Source: an uncultured Comamonadaceae bacterium (lineage in GTDB: Bacteria > Pseudomonadota > Alphaproteobacteria > Elsterales > Elsteraceae). From it: a stretch of 64,000 nucleotides of DNA. Below the pieces are notes generated by a model. The model was not told where the DNA came from, ran no database searches, and saw nothing but the letters and a program-made list of their open reading frames with translations. This document shows, in pieces, positions 1 through 9,288 of the stretch; the stretch's first letter is position 1, and each line of letters begins with the position of its first letter. The stretch is taken from contig CAZEFK010000002.1 in the NCBI GenBank assembly GCA_964511405.1, forward strand, positions 14,172 through 78,171, given 5' to 3'. Made by a program: the position numbers and the translations under genes.

Positions 1-181
1 GGTCGAGGCCGAGCCGCGCGCGCACGGCGTCCATCTCGGCCTGGCTCATGGCCACCGACGGGTTGATGTAGGCGTCGATGGGGTCGCCGGGCGCCAGGCG
101 CAGCAGCACGAACACCAGCATGCTGAGGGCGACCAGCATCGCCGCCCCCATGGCCAGCCGGCGCAGGCAGTAGGCTAGCAT
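1..181 (-). CDS. ABC peptide/nickel-type transporter permease (DppB/OppB-like), N-terminal fragment running off the window
   Basis: Minus-strand ATG at 179-181. Translation [42 protein letters not shown]... is the canonical N-terminus of family-5 ABC permeases. Starts 28 nt downstream of the SBP gene. Confidence 0.75.
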   Translation of the reverse strand, partial: MLAYCLRRLAMGAAMLVALSMLVFVLLRLAPGDPIDAYINPSVAMSQAEMDAVRARLGLD

Positions 182-209
182 GGCCGGTTCGCCGTCAGTC
201 CCACCGTCG

Positions 210-1772
210 TCAGTCCTTGAGCGACCACAGCTCGGGCTTGGCGTCGTAGGGCCCGCCGGCGGGCGCCGGCAGCCAGGTAAAGTGGTCGAGCTTGGTCGAG
301 ATCACGCCGTAGCGGTTGGCGACCCACATCGTGGCCCAGGGCAAGTCGGCGTTCATGGCCTGGCAGACCGCCTGGTAGCGGGCGTCCGATTTGGCCGGAT
401 CGGTCTCGTTCAGCGCGGCGTCCAAGGCGTTGGTCACCGCGGGCATGCGGATGTGCAGGAAGTTGGCGCCGGCCGGCGGGATCTGGCTGTCGTTGAGGCC
501 GATGTTGAGGGCGCTGGGGTCGGGCCCGTCCTGCAGGCCGGCATAGACCAGCGGGAAGGCGGCCGGATCGGGCGTCTTGGCGTAGATGGTGGCGTTGTAG
601 GTGGCGGTGTCGACCGCCTTGGGCACGATGCTGATGCCCACCTGCCCCAGCATCGCCTGCATGGCGGCCAGCACGTTCTGGCTGAGCGGGTTGGTGTAGT
701 AGGTGAGCACCGTGATCGGCTTGGCGCCGTTGATCTTGTCCCAGCCGGCGTCCTTGAGCAGCGCCTTCGCCTGGGCCGGATCATAGCCATAGGCATCGAT
801 GCCGGCCGGCACCAGCCGCGGCTCGACATAGCCGCAATGGGCCGGCGCAGCGGCACCGCCATACAGGCTCTTCACGATCGCCGCGCGGTCGATGGCGTGC
901 ATGACCGCCTGGCGGACCCGGCGGTCCTTCCACAGCGGCAGCTCCTGGTTGAAGCCCAGGTAATTGACCACGTAGGACGGCGCCTCGACGATGCGGAAGC
1001 CGGGATTGCCCTTGAAGCCGGCGACGTCGTCGGCCTCGACATAGCTGATCGCGATCTCGCCGGCCTTGAGCGCCGCCACCGCCGCCGCGGTGGTCTTGAA
1101 GTAGCGGTTGATGACCCGGTCGAGCTTGGGCCGGCCGGCGCGGTAGTCGGGATTGGCCGCCAGCTCGACATATTGGTCGGTCTCGTACTTGACGAACTTG
1201 AACGGGCCGGTGCCGACCGGCGCGGTCGACCACCAGGCGTTCTTGGCCAGGCTGTCGGCCGGCAGCTTGGCCAACACATGCTCGGGCAGCATCATGAGCT
1301 GCGTGAGGGTGTTGAGCAGCCCGGCATTGGGCTTGGACAGCCGCAGCACCACGGTGTGCGGATCCGGCATGTCGACGGCCTCAATGCCGGCGAGGCGGGC
1401 GGCGAACACCGTGCCGGACTCGCCCTTGCGCGCCAGGTCGATGGTGAACTTGACGTCGGCCGCGGTGAAGGGCCGGCCGTCATGCCATTTGGCGTCGGCC
1501 AGCTGGAAGCTATAGGCGCGCTTGTCGGCGCTCACCTGGTAGCTGCGCGCCAGCGCGCCGGTCACGCTGGCCAGCTTGGCGTCCCACGTCACCAGCGGCT
1601 CGAAGTACAGGCTGAGCCAGGTGAAGCCGCCGGTGGCGCTCAAGGGATTGAAGTTGCCCTGGAAGCCGCCGGGGCCGACGTCGAAGCCGCCGGTCAGGGT
1701 CTGCTCGGCGAGCGCCGCCGGGGTGGCGCCGGCCAAGAGCGCCAGGGCCAGCGCGATCGGTTTCAGTCGCAT
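210..1772 (-). CDS. ABC transporter substrate-binding protein, family 5 (peptide/nickel/opine type)
   Basis: 520-aa ORF with Sec signal [22 protein letters not shown]. Size and composition are typical of DppA/OppA-like SBPs. GGGAGG RBS upstream, permease gene immediately downstream. Confidence 0.85.
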   Translation of the reverse strand: MRLKPIALALALLAGATPAALAEQTLTGGFDVGPGGFQGNFNPLSATGGFTWLSLYFEPLVTWDAKLASVTGALARSYQVSADKRAYSFQLADAKWHDGRPFTAADVKFTIDLARKGESGTVFAARLAGIEAVDMPDPHTVVLRLSKPNAGLLNTLTQLMMLPEHVLAKLPADSLAKNAWWSTAPVGTGPFKFVKYETDQYVELAANPDYRAGRPKLDRVINRYFKTTAAAVAALKAGEIAISYVEADDVAGFKGNPGFRIVEAPSYVVNYLGFNQELPLWKDRRVRQAVMHAIDRAAIVKSLYGGAAAPAHCGYVEPRLVPAGIDAYGYDPAQAKALLKDAGWDKINGAKPITVLTYYTNPLSQNVLAAMQAMLGQVGISIVPKAVDTATYNATIYAKTPDPAAFPLVYAGLQDGPDPSALNIGLNDSQIPPAGANFLHIRMPAVTNALDAALNETDPAKSDARYQAVCQAMNADLPWATMWVANRYGVISTKLDHFTWLPAPAGGPYDAKPELWSLKD

Positions 1773-1823
1773 GGGTGTGTCCTCCCGTCAGCCGGCAGCT
1801 TCTGCCGCCGTCGCATGTCGCCC

Positions 1824-2537
1824 CTACCCGTCCCGGCGCGCCGCCAGCACGCCGACGATGCCGTCATAGTGGCGGTCCATCAGCGCACGGGCCCGGTCGA
1901 CGTCGCGCGCCGCCACGGCGGCCACGATGTCGTGGTGGTCGCGCCAGGTCGCCATCGGGTCGGGGTTGAACAGGTTCACGAAATCCGAAGCCTTGTAGAA
2001 CGCCACCCAGAAGACCTCGATCAGCCGCACCAGCATCCGGTTGTCCTGGCAGCGGAAAAGGAGCTGGTGGAAGCGCTGGTCATCCTCGGCGAAGGTTTCG
2101 TTGCGCTCGGCCTTGTGCTTCATCTGGGCGACTGCCTGCCACAGCTCGGCGATGTCGGCCTCGGGGATGAGCCGGACGGTCTTCTCGATCAGCGCGACTT
2201 CCAGGACCCGGCGGATCTCCAGGACCTCCTCGACCTCGCGCAGGGTGCCGCCCAGGCCATAGGCCAGGTTGTCCAGCAGCGGCTCGAACGAGAACGCCTT
2301 CACGAACACGCCGATGCCGCGGCGGGTCTCCAGAATGCCCAGCGATTCCAGGCCCTTGATCGCCTCGCGCACAGAGTTGCGGCTGACCTCCAGCCGCTCG
2401 GCCAGCACACCCTCGGGCGGCAGCGGATCGCCGGCCTTGAGGCGGTTGTCGGCGATGTAGGTGCGCAGGCTGGCCTGGACCGACACATGCAGCAGCGGCG
2501 CGCGATGCACCGGCCTGATCGGCTTCGGTCCGTCCAT
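1824..2537 (-). CDS. GntR family transcriptional regulator (FadR-type, FCD C-terminal domain)
   Basis: wHTH signature LPPEGVLAERLEVSRNSVREAIKGLESLGILETRRGIGVFV followed by a helical FCD-like domain. The ORF track starts at 2576; I prefer the ATG at 2537 (MDGPKPIRP). Start uncertain. Confidence 0.85.
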   Translation of the reverse strand: MDGPKPIRPVHRAPLLHVSVQASLRTYIADNRLKAGDPLPPEGVLAERLEVSRNSVREAIKGLESLGILETRRGIGVFVKAFSFEPLLDNLAYGLGGTLREVEEVLEIRRVLEVALIEKTVRLIPEADIAELWQAVAQMKHKAERNETFAEDDQRFHQLLFRCQDNRMLVRLIEVFWVAFYKASDFVNLFNPDPMATWRDHHDIVAAVAARDVDRARALMDRHYDGIVGVLAARRDG

Positions 2538-2590
2538 GGCGGTCCCGGCTTCCTCCAGGAAATGCGCTCTGCGCATTTCATCAATGATGC

Positions 2591-2612
2591 GGGAGCCCGC
2601 TATCGGGCTCCC
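2591..2612. repeat. Perfect 9-bp stem / 4-nt loop hairpin (GGGAGCCCG-ctat-CGGGCTCCC) in a divergent intergenic region
   Basis: Read directly from the sequence. Lies between the GntR gene and the divergent oxidoreductase gene. Function unknown. Confidence 0.3.
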
Positions 2613-2632
2613 GTGTGGCGGCTTGTTGTATG

Positions 2633-2660
2633 TCGACTTGTAGGATATCTGTCAAGTCGA
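2633..2660. promoter_or_regulatory. Dyad TCGACTTG-N12-CAAGTCGA centred on GATATC; candidate GntR/FadR-type operator
   Basis: Perfect 8-bp inverted arms 17-44 nt upstream of the oxidoreductase ATG (2677), in the relatively AT-rich divergent promoter region next to a GntR gene. Confidence 0.35.
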
Positions 2661-2676
2661 TATCGAAGGAGGACAC

Positions 2677-3642
2677 ATGCGGGTGGCGCTGGCCGGGGTC
2701 GGCCACTGGCACGCGGCCATGCATGCGCGGGCAGCACGGGCCGCCGATGCCACGCTGGCCGGCATCTGGGACGAGTCGGCCGACCTGTCCGCGCGCTTCG
2801 CCGCCGCCGAGGGTGGCACGGCCATGGACTTCGACGCGCTGATCGCCGGACGGCCCGACCTGGTGGTCGCCATGGGTTCGGCCGACCGGATGCCGGCGCG
2901 GACCGGGCGGCTGCTGGATGCCGGCCTGGCGGTGGTGATGGAGAAGCCGGCCGCCCTGTCGGCGGCGGCCTTGGCGCCGCTGGCGGCACGGGTCGCGTGC
3001 GAGGGCCGCTTCGTGGCAGTGCCCTTGCCGAATCGGCTCAGCCCGATCTGGGCCGAAGCCGAGCGCTTGCGCCGGGCCGGGCGCCTCGGCGCGCTGTCGC
3101 ACGCCCAGTTCCGGCTCATCAATGGGCCGCCCGCCCGCTATCGCCGCGACGGCGTCGGCTGGGTGCTGGACCCGGCCCGCCATGGCGGCGGCGCGCTGCG
3201 CAACCTGGGCATCCACGGCGTCGACGCGGCGCTGATGCTGGCCGGCGGCGCCGCACTCGACATCGTCGGCGCCACGCTGGGCGGCATCCACGGCGAGGCG
3301 GTCGAGGACTACGCCCTGGTCACCTTGCGCGCCCGGGACGGGCTGATCGTTACCGTCGAAGCCGGCTATACCTATCCGTCGATGGCGGCCGGCGGCGCCT
3401 TCGAATGGCGGCTCTCAGCCGCCAATGCCTGGCTGGCCGACAGCGGCGGCGCCGCGCACGCCGCGACCCTTGACGACGGCCGCGACCGCGCGCTGGCGCC
3501 GCTGCCGCAGGATGCGCGCTACGCCCGCATGATGGCCGACACCCTGGACCGGCTGGCGCGGGGCGCGCCGCCCGCGGTCTCGATCCACGACTACGTCAAC
3601 GCGATGGCGCTGATCGACCGCATCTATGCGCAGGCGCGCTGA
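2677..3642 (+). CDS. Gfo/Idh/MocA family oxidoreductase
   Basis: 321 aa. N-terminal Rossmann start MRVALAGVGHWHA. AGGAGG RBS 6 nt upstream. Overall layout matches the family. Confidence 0.75.
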   Translation: MRVALAGVGHWHAAMHARAARAADATLAGIWDESADLSARFAAAEGGTAMDFDALIAGRPDLVVAMGSADRMPARTGRLLDAGLAVVMEKPAALSAAALAPLAARVACEGRFVAVPLPNRLSPIWAEAERLRRAGRLGALSHAQFRLINGPPARYRRDGVGWVLDPARHGGGALRNLGIHGVDAALMLAGGAALDIVGATLGGIHGEAVEDYALVTLRARDGLIVTVEAGYTYPSMAAGGAFEWRLSAANAWLADSGGAAHAATLDDGRDRALAPLPQDARYARMMADTLDRLARGAPPAVSIHDYVNAMALIDRIYAQAR

Positions 3643-3645
3643 TCT

Positions 3646-4794
3646 CTACGCCGCGACCCTGCGGGCGCTGGCCGCAACGGCCAGCAGCATCGCCGCCAAC
3701 AGCAGCAACGAGCCCTCCAGGCTGCTGGCCTGGGCCACGAACCCGATCAGGGCGGGTCCGGCCAGGATGCCCAGATAGCCCAGCGTCGTGACCGCCGCGA
3801 CCGCCAGGTTGGGCGCCATCGCCGACTGGCGGCCGACCGCGGAGTACAGCACCGGCACGATGTTCGAGCAGCCGGCGCCGACCAGAGCAAAGCCGGCCAG
3901 CGCCCCGATCCAGGACGGGCTCATGACCGCGACGGCGAGGCCGGCGGCCGCGGCGACGGCGCCGACCGCCAGCACCCGCCGGCGGCCCAGCGCGTGGACC
4001 ACCCGGTCGCCGGTCAGCCGGCCCGCGGTCATGGCCGTGGCGAACAGGGCGTAGCCCAACCCGCCCCACGCCGGGGCGGCGGCCCGCCGGGCGGTCAGGA
4101 ACACCGCGCTCCAGTCCAGCATGGCGCCTTCGGTCAGGAACAGGACGAAGCACAAGGCGCCCAGCAGCAGCACGACGCCACGCGGCCAGGCGAAGGCCGG
4201 GCCGCGGCGGTCGCTGCCATAGGGCAGCAAGCCCTGGCTATGCGCCGCCAGCAGGGCAACGATCGCCACCGCAACGCACAGCGTCGCCACGAGCGGCGGT
4301 GTCCCAGCGGCCAGCAGGCCGCTGACCCCACCCGACCCGACAATGCCGCCGACGCTGAACAAGCCGTGGAAGCCGGACATCTGGGGGCGATCGCCGGCCT
4401 TCTCGACGATCACCGCCTGGAGATTGATCACCACGTCGACGGTGCCGATGCCGGCGCCGAACAGCAGCAGCGCCGCCGCCAGCGACGGCACCGTGCCGGC
4501 GGTCGCGAGCCAGGGCAGTGCGCCCGCTGCCGCCAGCCCCGCGATCCACAGCACCCGGCGACACCCATAGCGGCCGGCGAGCGCGCCCGAGACCGGCATG
4601 GTCGCGATCGAGCCGATGCCCAAGCACAGCAGCAGCAGGCCCAAGGTGCCCGCGGTGGCGCCCAGGCGCGCCTGGGCATAGGGCACCAACGGGGCCCAGG
4701 CCGACATGGCCAAGCCGGCAATCAGGAAGGCGGCGCGGGTCGCGCGCCGCTCCGCCGCGCCGGGCCGGCCCAGGGATGCGGCGAGGGCGGTCAC
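3646..4794 (-). CDS. MFS transporter
   Basis: 382 aa with about 12 hydrophobic segments. GTG start overlaps the stop of the upstream GNAT gene (GTGA at 4791-4794), implying translational coupling. Confidence 0.8.
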   Translation of the reverse strand: MTALAASLGRPGAAERRATRAAFLIAGLAMSAWAPLVPYAQARLGATAGTLGLLLLCLGIGSIATMPVSGALAGRYGCRRVLWIAGLAAAGALPWLATAGTVPSLAAALLLFGAGIGTVDVVINLQAVIVEKAGDRPQMSGFHGLFSVGGIVGSGGVSGLLAAGTPPLVATLCVAVAIVALLAAHSQGLLPYGSDRRGPAFAWPRGVVLLLGALCFVLFLTEGAMLDWSAVFLTARRAAAPAWGGLGYALFATAMTAGRLTGDRVVHALGRRRVLAVGAVAAAAGLAVAVMSPSWIGALAGFALVGAGCSNIVPVLYSAVGRQSAMAPNLAVAAVTTLGYLGILAGPALIGFVAQASSLEGSLLLLAAMLLAVAASARRVAA

Positions 4795-5288
4795 CGGCCG
4801 GCGATGGTCGCGGCCGCCACCAACATGTCCACCCGCTCGCCGCGCACCAGCGCCGGCTCGGGGGCCAGGCCGATCATGCGGAAGCCCAGGCTGCGGTAGA
4901 ACGACATGGCGCGGGCGTTGTCGGCGCGGATGCTGGCCTCGAGCGTGGCATAGCCGCGCTCCCGCGCCGCCGGGACCGTCGCCCGGCCCAGCCGGGTGCC
5001 GATGCCCTGGCGATGGCGTCCGGGCGCGACAAACGTGCTGATCTCCCCGATATCGGCGGTGGCGGGCGATCGTGGCAGGACCGCCTGCACACCGAGCAGG
5101 CCGCCGTCGCCGTCCACCGCCACATTGAACAGCCCATGCCCCGGGAAGTTGCGGATGAAGTCGATCTCCTCGTCGACGGAGACCGGGGTGTCCAGGACAC
5201 CTTGGCCGCCCGTCTTGGTGATGTGGTTAAGCAGCTCGGCGATCGCGGCGGCGTCCGCCTGCCGAACCGGTCGAATGGTCACGTCCAT
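4791..5288 (-). CDS. GNAT family N-acetyltransferase (phosphinothricin-acetyltransferase-like), paralog 1
   Basis: 165 aa, MDVTIRPVRQADAAAIAELL..., acetyl-CoA motif RHRQGIGTRLG, C-terminal IRADNARAMSFYRSLGFRMIG. Same length as the paralog at 7390-7887 and roughly half identical to it. Confidence 0.85.
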   Translation of the reverse strand: MDVTIRPVRQADAAAIAELLNHITKTGGQGVLDTPVSVDEEIDFIRNFPGHGLFNVAVDGDGGLLGVQAVLPRSPATADIGEISTFVAPGRHRQGIGTRLGRATVPAARERGYATLEASIRADNARAMSFYRSLGFRMIGLAPEPALVRGERVDMLVAAATIAGR

Positions 5289-5505
5289 GGATTGCCTTCG
5301 TGCTGACGCGCCCGCGGGCCGGGGCCGACGCGAGCGTGCCGCAGCCTGCGCGCCATCAAGGGCGCCGCCGGCCGCGGCTTCGGGATGTCACCGTCGCGGC
5401 CGCGCCCGATCCGAGCCGCAGCCTGCGGTGCCCCTGAGATGGGAGGTGCGCCCGTGCCCGTCCAGCCCGCATCGCTGCATGGGGGGCTGCACCGACGTCG
5501 ACCCT

Positions 5506-7207
5506 CTAGGCGGCCTGGAGTCGCGCCAGGAAGCGCTCGACCTCGCGTTTGAGCTCGGCAGCCTGGTCGACCACCTGGTCGGCAGCCCCCTGCACGGCGC
5601 GGGCGGACTGGCCGGTCTCGCGGGCGGCATCGCTGACACCGGCAATGCTGCTGGTGACTTCGGCGGTGCCGCGGGCCGCCTCCTGGACGTTGCGCGCGAT
5701 CTCGCCGGTCGCCGCCCCCTGCTGCTGCACCGCCACCGCCACCGATCCGGTGATCTCGCTGATGCTGCCGATGGTGCCGGCGATGCCCTCGATCGCCTGG
5801 ACCGCGCGCTGGGTCTCGGCCTGAATGGCCTGGACCTGGGCGCCGATGTCCCCGGTGGCGTGGGCGGTCTGGCTGGCCAGTTGCTTGACTTCCGACGCGA
5901 CCACCGCGAAGCCCTTGCCGGCGTCGCCGGCCCGCGCCGCCTCGATCGTCGCGTTCAGGGCCAACAGATTGGTCTGGCCCGCGATGTCGGCGATCAGCTT
6001 GACCACGTCGCCGATGCGCTGGGCCGCCGCCGACAGGCTGCGGATGGTGTCGTTGGTGCGGTCGGCCTCGGCCACCGCGCCGTCGGCAACCTCGGCGGCC
6101 CGGCCGACCTGGCGGCTGATCTCGGCGATCGAGCTCGACAGCTCCTCCGACGCGCTGGCCACGGTCTGGACATTGGCCGCGGCCTGGTCCGAGGCCGCGG
6201 CGACCGCGCTGGACTGCTGGCTCGCCTGCTCGGCATTGGCCGACAGCGCCTGGGCCGTGCCGCGCATCTGCCCGGCCGCGCCGCTCACCGACACCGCGAC
6301 GCGGTCCATGGCGCCGAGGAAGTCCTCGGTGGCAGCCTCCACGACCGCCTGACGCCGGGCCTTGGCCGCGCGTTCGCGGTCCTGGGCCTCGGCGAGGCGC
6401 CGCGCGTCGATCAGGCCGTCCTTGAACACCGCCAGCGCTTGCGCCATGGCGCCGATCTCGTCGCGCCGGCCGGCCGCGGCGATCGTGACGTCGAGGTTGC
6501 CGGCCGCCAGGGCTGCCATGTCGCCCTTCAACCCGGCCAGCGGCCGCGAGATGTTGCGCCCGACCAGCCACGCCAGGCCGACGGTGGCGGCGATCAGCAC
6601 CAGGGCCAGCAGCCCGAGTTCGACCAGCGCGGCGCGGACTTCGGCCGCCAGGTCGTCGACGTAGAGACCGGTCAGGATATAGACGCCCCAGGGATCGAAG
6701 CGCTTGAGGTAGGAGACCTTGCGCAGCGGCTCGCCCCCGCCCGGCTTGGGATAGACATAGCTGTAGGTGCCTTCGGCCTGCCGCTTCATGAGCGCGGTCA
6801 TCTCGGCCACGATCGGCGTGCCCACCGCATCCTTGAGGCCGAGCTGGCTCTTGCCCTCGTTCTGGGGCGCGGCGCCGTTGGCGACCGAGATGCCGTCCAG
6901 CCGGTTGACGGTCAGGTAGCCGACGGCGCCGTCATAGCGCATGCCGTGGATGACGCTGCGGAAGCGCTCGATCGCCTGGTCGCGGGTCAGTGCGCCGGCG
7001 CCGACCTGATCCTCCAGCGACTGGGCGACACCGGCGGCGGCGTCGACGATGCTACGCATCTTGGCGACGCGCTCCGTCATCATGCGGTCGCCGAGGATCG
7101 TTCCTGCCAGCGCCGTCGCCGCCACCAGCGCCACCGCCGCCAATGCCACCAGCAGCCACAGCTTGGTCGAGATCTTCAATCGATCGAGGATCGTCACGGG
7201 GGTCGCC
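5506..7207 (-). CDS. Methyl-accepting chemotaxis protein (Cache-like periplasmic domain, HAMP, MA domain)
   Basis: Signalling hairpin [40 protein letters not shown], and a HAMP region after TM2. I prefer the GTG start at 7207 (GGAGG RBS 8 nt upstream, MTILDRLKISTKLW...) over the track start at 7296. Confidence 0.9.
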
Positions 7208-7389
7208 TCCAAGCGCGATCGGGCATTCGGTTGTCCGGTGATACGGCCGTCGATGCCGGACCAAGCGTTGGCGAATGTAGATCGAATTGGAAGCATTCCA
7301 GTGCTGCATTGCGGTATTGGCAGCCATCGGCGCCGCCCCGATTGATGGCGGGCCGGCGCGCGCCCATATGGTTTCTTTTTGTTTAACGG

Positions 7390-7887
7390 TCAGCTCGACG
7401 CGCCGAGGCTGGCCTCTGCGATCAGCACGTCGACCGGCTCGCCGCGCCGCAGCACGGGCTCCGGCGCCATCCCGACCATCCGGAACCCAAGGCTGCGATA
7501 GAAGGACAACGCCACGGCGTTGTCGGCCCGGATCGCCGCCCGCAGCGTGGTGAAGCCGCGCGCCCGCGCCGCGGCGACGCTGGCCTGGCCAAGGCGGGTG
7601 CCGATCCCCAAGCGGTGCCGGTCGGGGTCCACGAACGTCTTAATGTCGCCTACGGCCCCAGGCTCGACGGCCAACGGCAGGATATCCTGGAGGCCCACGA
7701 TGGCCCCGTCGTCCTCCGCGACATGGAACACGCCGTGCTGGGGAAAGCCGCGGATGAACTCGGCCTTGTGCGCCGCCGACACCGGGATGCCGATGGCGGC
7801 CTGGCCGTCGTCGGCGATGAGGCGATTGAGCAGGGTCGCGATCGCGTCCGCATCCGCGACGCGGACTGGTCTGATGGTCACGTCCAT
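7390..7887 (-). CDS. GNAT family N-acetyltransferase, paralog 2
   Basis: Internal ATG of track ORF 7390-8025. 165 aa, MDVTIRPVRVADADAIATLL..., RHRLGIGTRLG, IRADNAVALSFYRSLGFRMVG. Confidence 0.85.
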   Translation of the reverse strand: MDVTIRPVRVADADAIATLLNRLIADDGQAAIGIPVSAAHKAEFIRGFPQHGVFHVAEDDGAIVGLQDILPLAVEPGAVGDIKTFVDPDRHRLGIGTRLGQASVAAARARGFTTLRAAIRADNAVALSFYRSLGFRMVGMAPEPVLRRGEPVDVLIAEASLGASS

Positions 7888-8039
7888 TGAGCAACCTATG
7901 TGCAGTGCAGGATCCACGGCCGAAGGCGGTGGCCGCGCAGCAGAGGGCCACGGGGAGGGGGCGGCCCGGCGCTTTGTTGCGCTGCAATGAACATGGGCGC
8001 GAGTCGGCCTGCCGTCGCTCGGCAAGGCGGCCTAGGCCG

Positions 8040-8456
8040 TTCTTCGGCATCACGCTGCCGGTGGTCGGGATCGCCGCCAGCCTGGCCGTCACGTCGTTCG
8101 CCTGGACGCTGCTGCACGCCGGCGACGCCGACGCGTTCTATCCTCTGACCATGCCGCTGACCGTCGGCCCGGGCTCGATCTCGGTGGCGATCGCCCTCGG
8201 CAGCCAGCGACCGCAGGCGGCATCGGGTCTGGCCGACCTCGCCCTGTCGGGCGGCGGCGCGATCCTGGGCCTGGCCGCCGTCGCGGCGACCATCTTCATC
8301 TGCTACCGCTTCGCCGACCGCGTGGTCGCGCTGCTCGGCCGGCACGGCAGCCGCGTCACGGTGCGGCTGTCCGCCTTCATCCTGCTCTGCATCGGCATCC
8401 AGTTCCTATGGAATGGCATCAGCGCCTTGCTGGCGGCCGGCCATCCCTCCGGCTGA
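8040..8456 (+). pseudogene. MarC/UPF0056 (NAAT) family membrane protein, 5'-truncated remnant
   Basis: From FFGITLPVVGIAASLAV... to the C-terminus it aligns by eye with the last two thirds of MarC/YhgN proteins (PLTMPLTVGPGSISVAIALGS motif). The upstream in-frame sequence is Arg-rich and non-hydrophobic, so TM1-2 are missing. Confidence 0.5.
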
Positions 8457-8524
8457 GGGGGCGCAAGGGCCCACACGGCACATCGTGCCGTCCGGTCCCT
8501 CCCCCACCCTCGCACGGCGTCGCC

Positions 8525-8556
8525 GGGCCGTTGCCTCTTGAAAAGAGGCTCGGCCC
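8525..8556. terminator. Hairpin between convergent marC remnant and HU gene (GGGCCG-tt-GCCTCTT-gaa-AAGAGGC-t-CGGCCC)
   Basis: 13 paired positions read from the sequence, between stops at 8456 (+) and 8564 (-). No strong U-tract. Confidence 0.45.
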
Positions 8557-8563
8557 TGGCGCG

Positions 8564-8920
8564 TCAGGCGGACTTCTTGGCCGGCTTCTTGGCCTTGGCC
8601 GGCGCAGCCTTGGCGGCCTTCTTGGCCGGGGTCTTGGCCGGCGGCGCCACGGCATCCTTCAGGGCCTTGGCCGGCGCGAACTTGGGCGCCTTGGAGGCAG
8701 GGATGTCGATGGTCTCGCCGGTGCGCAGGTTACGGCCCTTGCGCGCCGGACGATCGGCGACCCGGAAGGCGCCGAGGCCGAAGATCCGTACTTCCTCGCC
8801 CCGGCCGAGCGTGGCCGAGATCTCTTGGACCAGAGCGCCCAGCACCTTGCCGGTGTCAGTCTTGGTCATACCGAGGCGCTCCGCGATCGCAGCCGCCATG
8901 TCAGCTTGGGTCAACGCCAT
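8564..8920 (-). CDS. HU family DNA-binding protein with C-terminal Lys/Ala/Pro-rich tail
   Basis: Internal ATG at 8920 with AAGGAG RBS. MALTQADMAAAIAERLGMTKTDTGKVLGALV...RIFGLGAFRVADRPARKGRNLRTGETIDIPASKAPKFAPAKALKDAV is an HU fold, followed by PPAKTPAKKAAKAAPAKAKKPAKKSA. Confidence 0.85.
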   Translation of the reverse strand: MALTQADMAAAIAERLGMTKTDTGKVLGALVQEISATLGRGEEVRIFGLGAFRVADRPARKGRNLRTGETIDIPASKAPKFAPAKALKDAVAPPAKTPAKKAAKAAPAKAKKPAKKSA

Positions 8921-9007
8921 TGTTTGGCTCCTTAGCTCGTACCCGGACGTATCCGCGGTATACCACCAATCCCCAAGAACGCCAGAGGGATTGCGCGGGC
9001 GAGCGTG

Positions 9008-9039
9008 AAAAAGCCCCTGAAAACCGGCATTCTTCAGGG
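9008..9039 (-). terminator. Intrinsic-terminator-like hairpin plus T5 run on the minus strand, about 90 nt upstream of the HU start
   Basis: Minus strand reads CCCTGAA-gaatgccggtt-TTCAGGG-GCTTTTTC. No minus-strand CDS ends nearby. It could end a small RNA or act as a leader or attenuator. Confidence 0.35.
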
Positions 9040-9288
9040 AAAACATGGTATTGCGCGGTCTTGGGCCGGGTCGTGGCGACCCGCGGAATGGCCGAGATTC
9101 CCAGGGCAAACCGGCGAATCGATCGACCGGACCTGGCGAAGAACTGCCGCCGCGGCAACAGCATTCGCTTCGCGAACACCGGACCGCGACCTTGCCGTTG
9201 CCGACGGCAATGATTTGCCTTTGCCGGTTTGCGCCCGGGCATCGGGCGAATAGAGTTCCGCGGTCCCGTCCCAGCCGAGAGGATCGCC

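Noticed and set aside
180-3473. 1097-aa + strand ORF, the longest in the track
   Set aside because: It runs antisense through the well-supported SBP and GntR genes and out of frame through the oxidoreductase gene. The product is Arg/Gly/Ala/Pro-rich low-complexity sequence with no motifs. This is the typical stop-codon-poor artefact of high-GC DNA.
4996-7386. 796-aa + strand ORF, and the 430-aa - strand ORF at 5279-6571, overlapping the chemoreceptor gene
   Set aside because: They are antisense or alternate-frame shadows of the MCP gene, whose own frame carries unmistakable HAMP and signalling motifs.
7335-7389. GC palindrome (GGCGCGCGCC) followed by TTTCTTTTTGTTT on the + strand, resembling an intrinsic terminator
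   Set aside because: No + strand gene ends upstream of it. In the orientation that matters (minus strand, after the GNAT gene) there is no U-tract. I could not assign a role.
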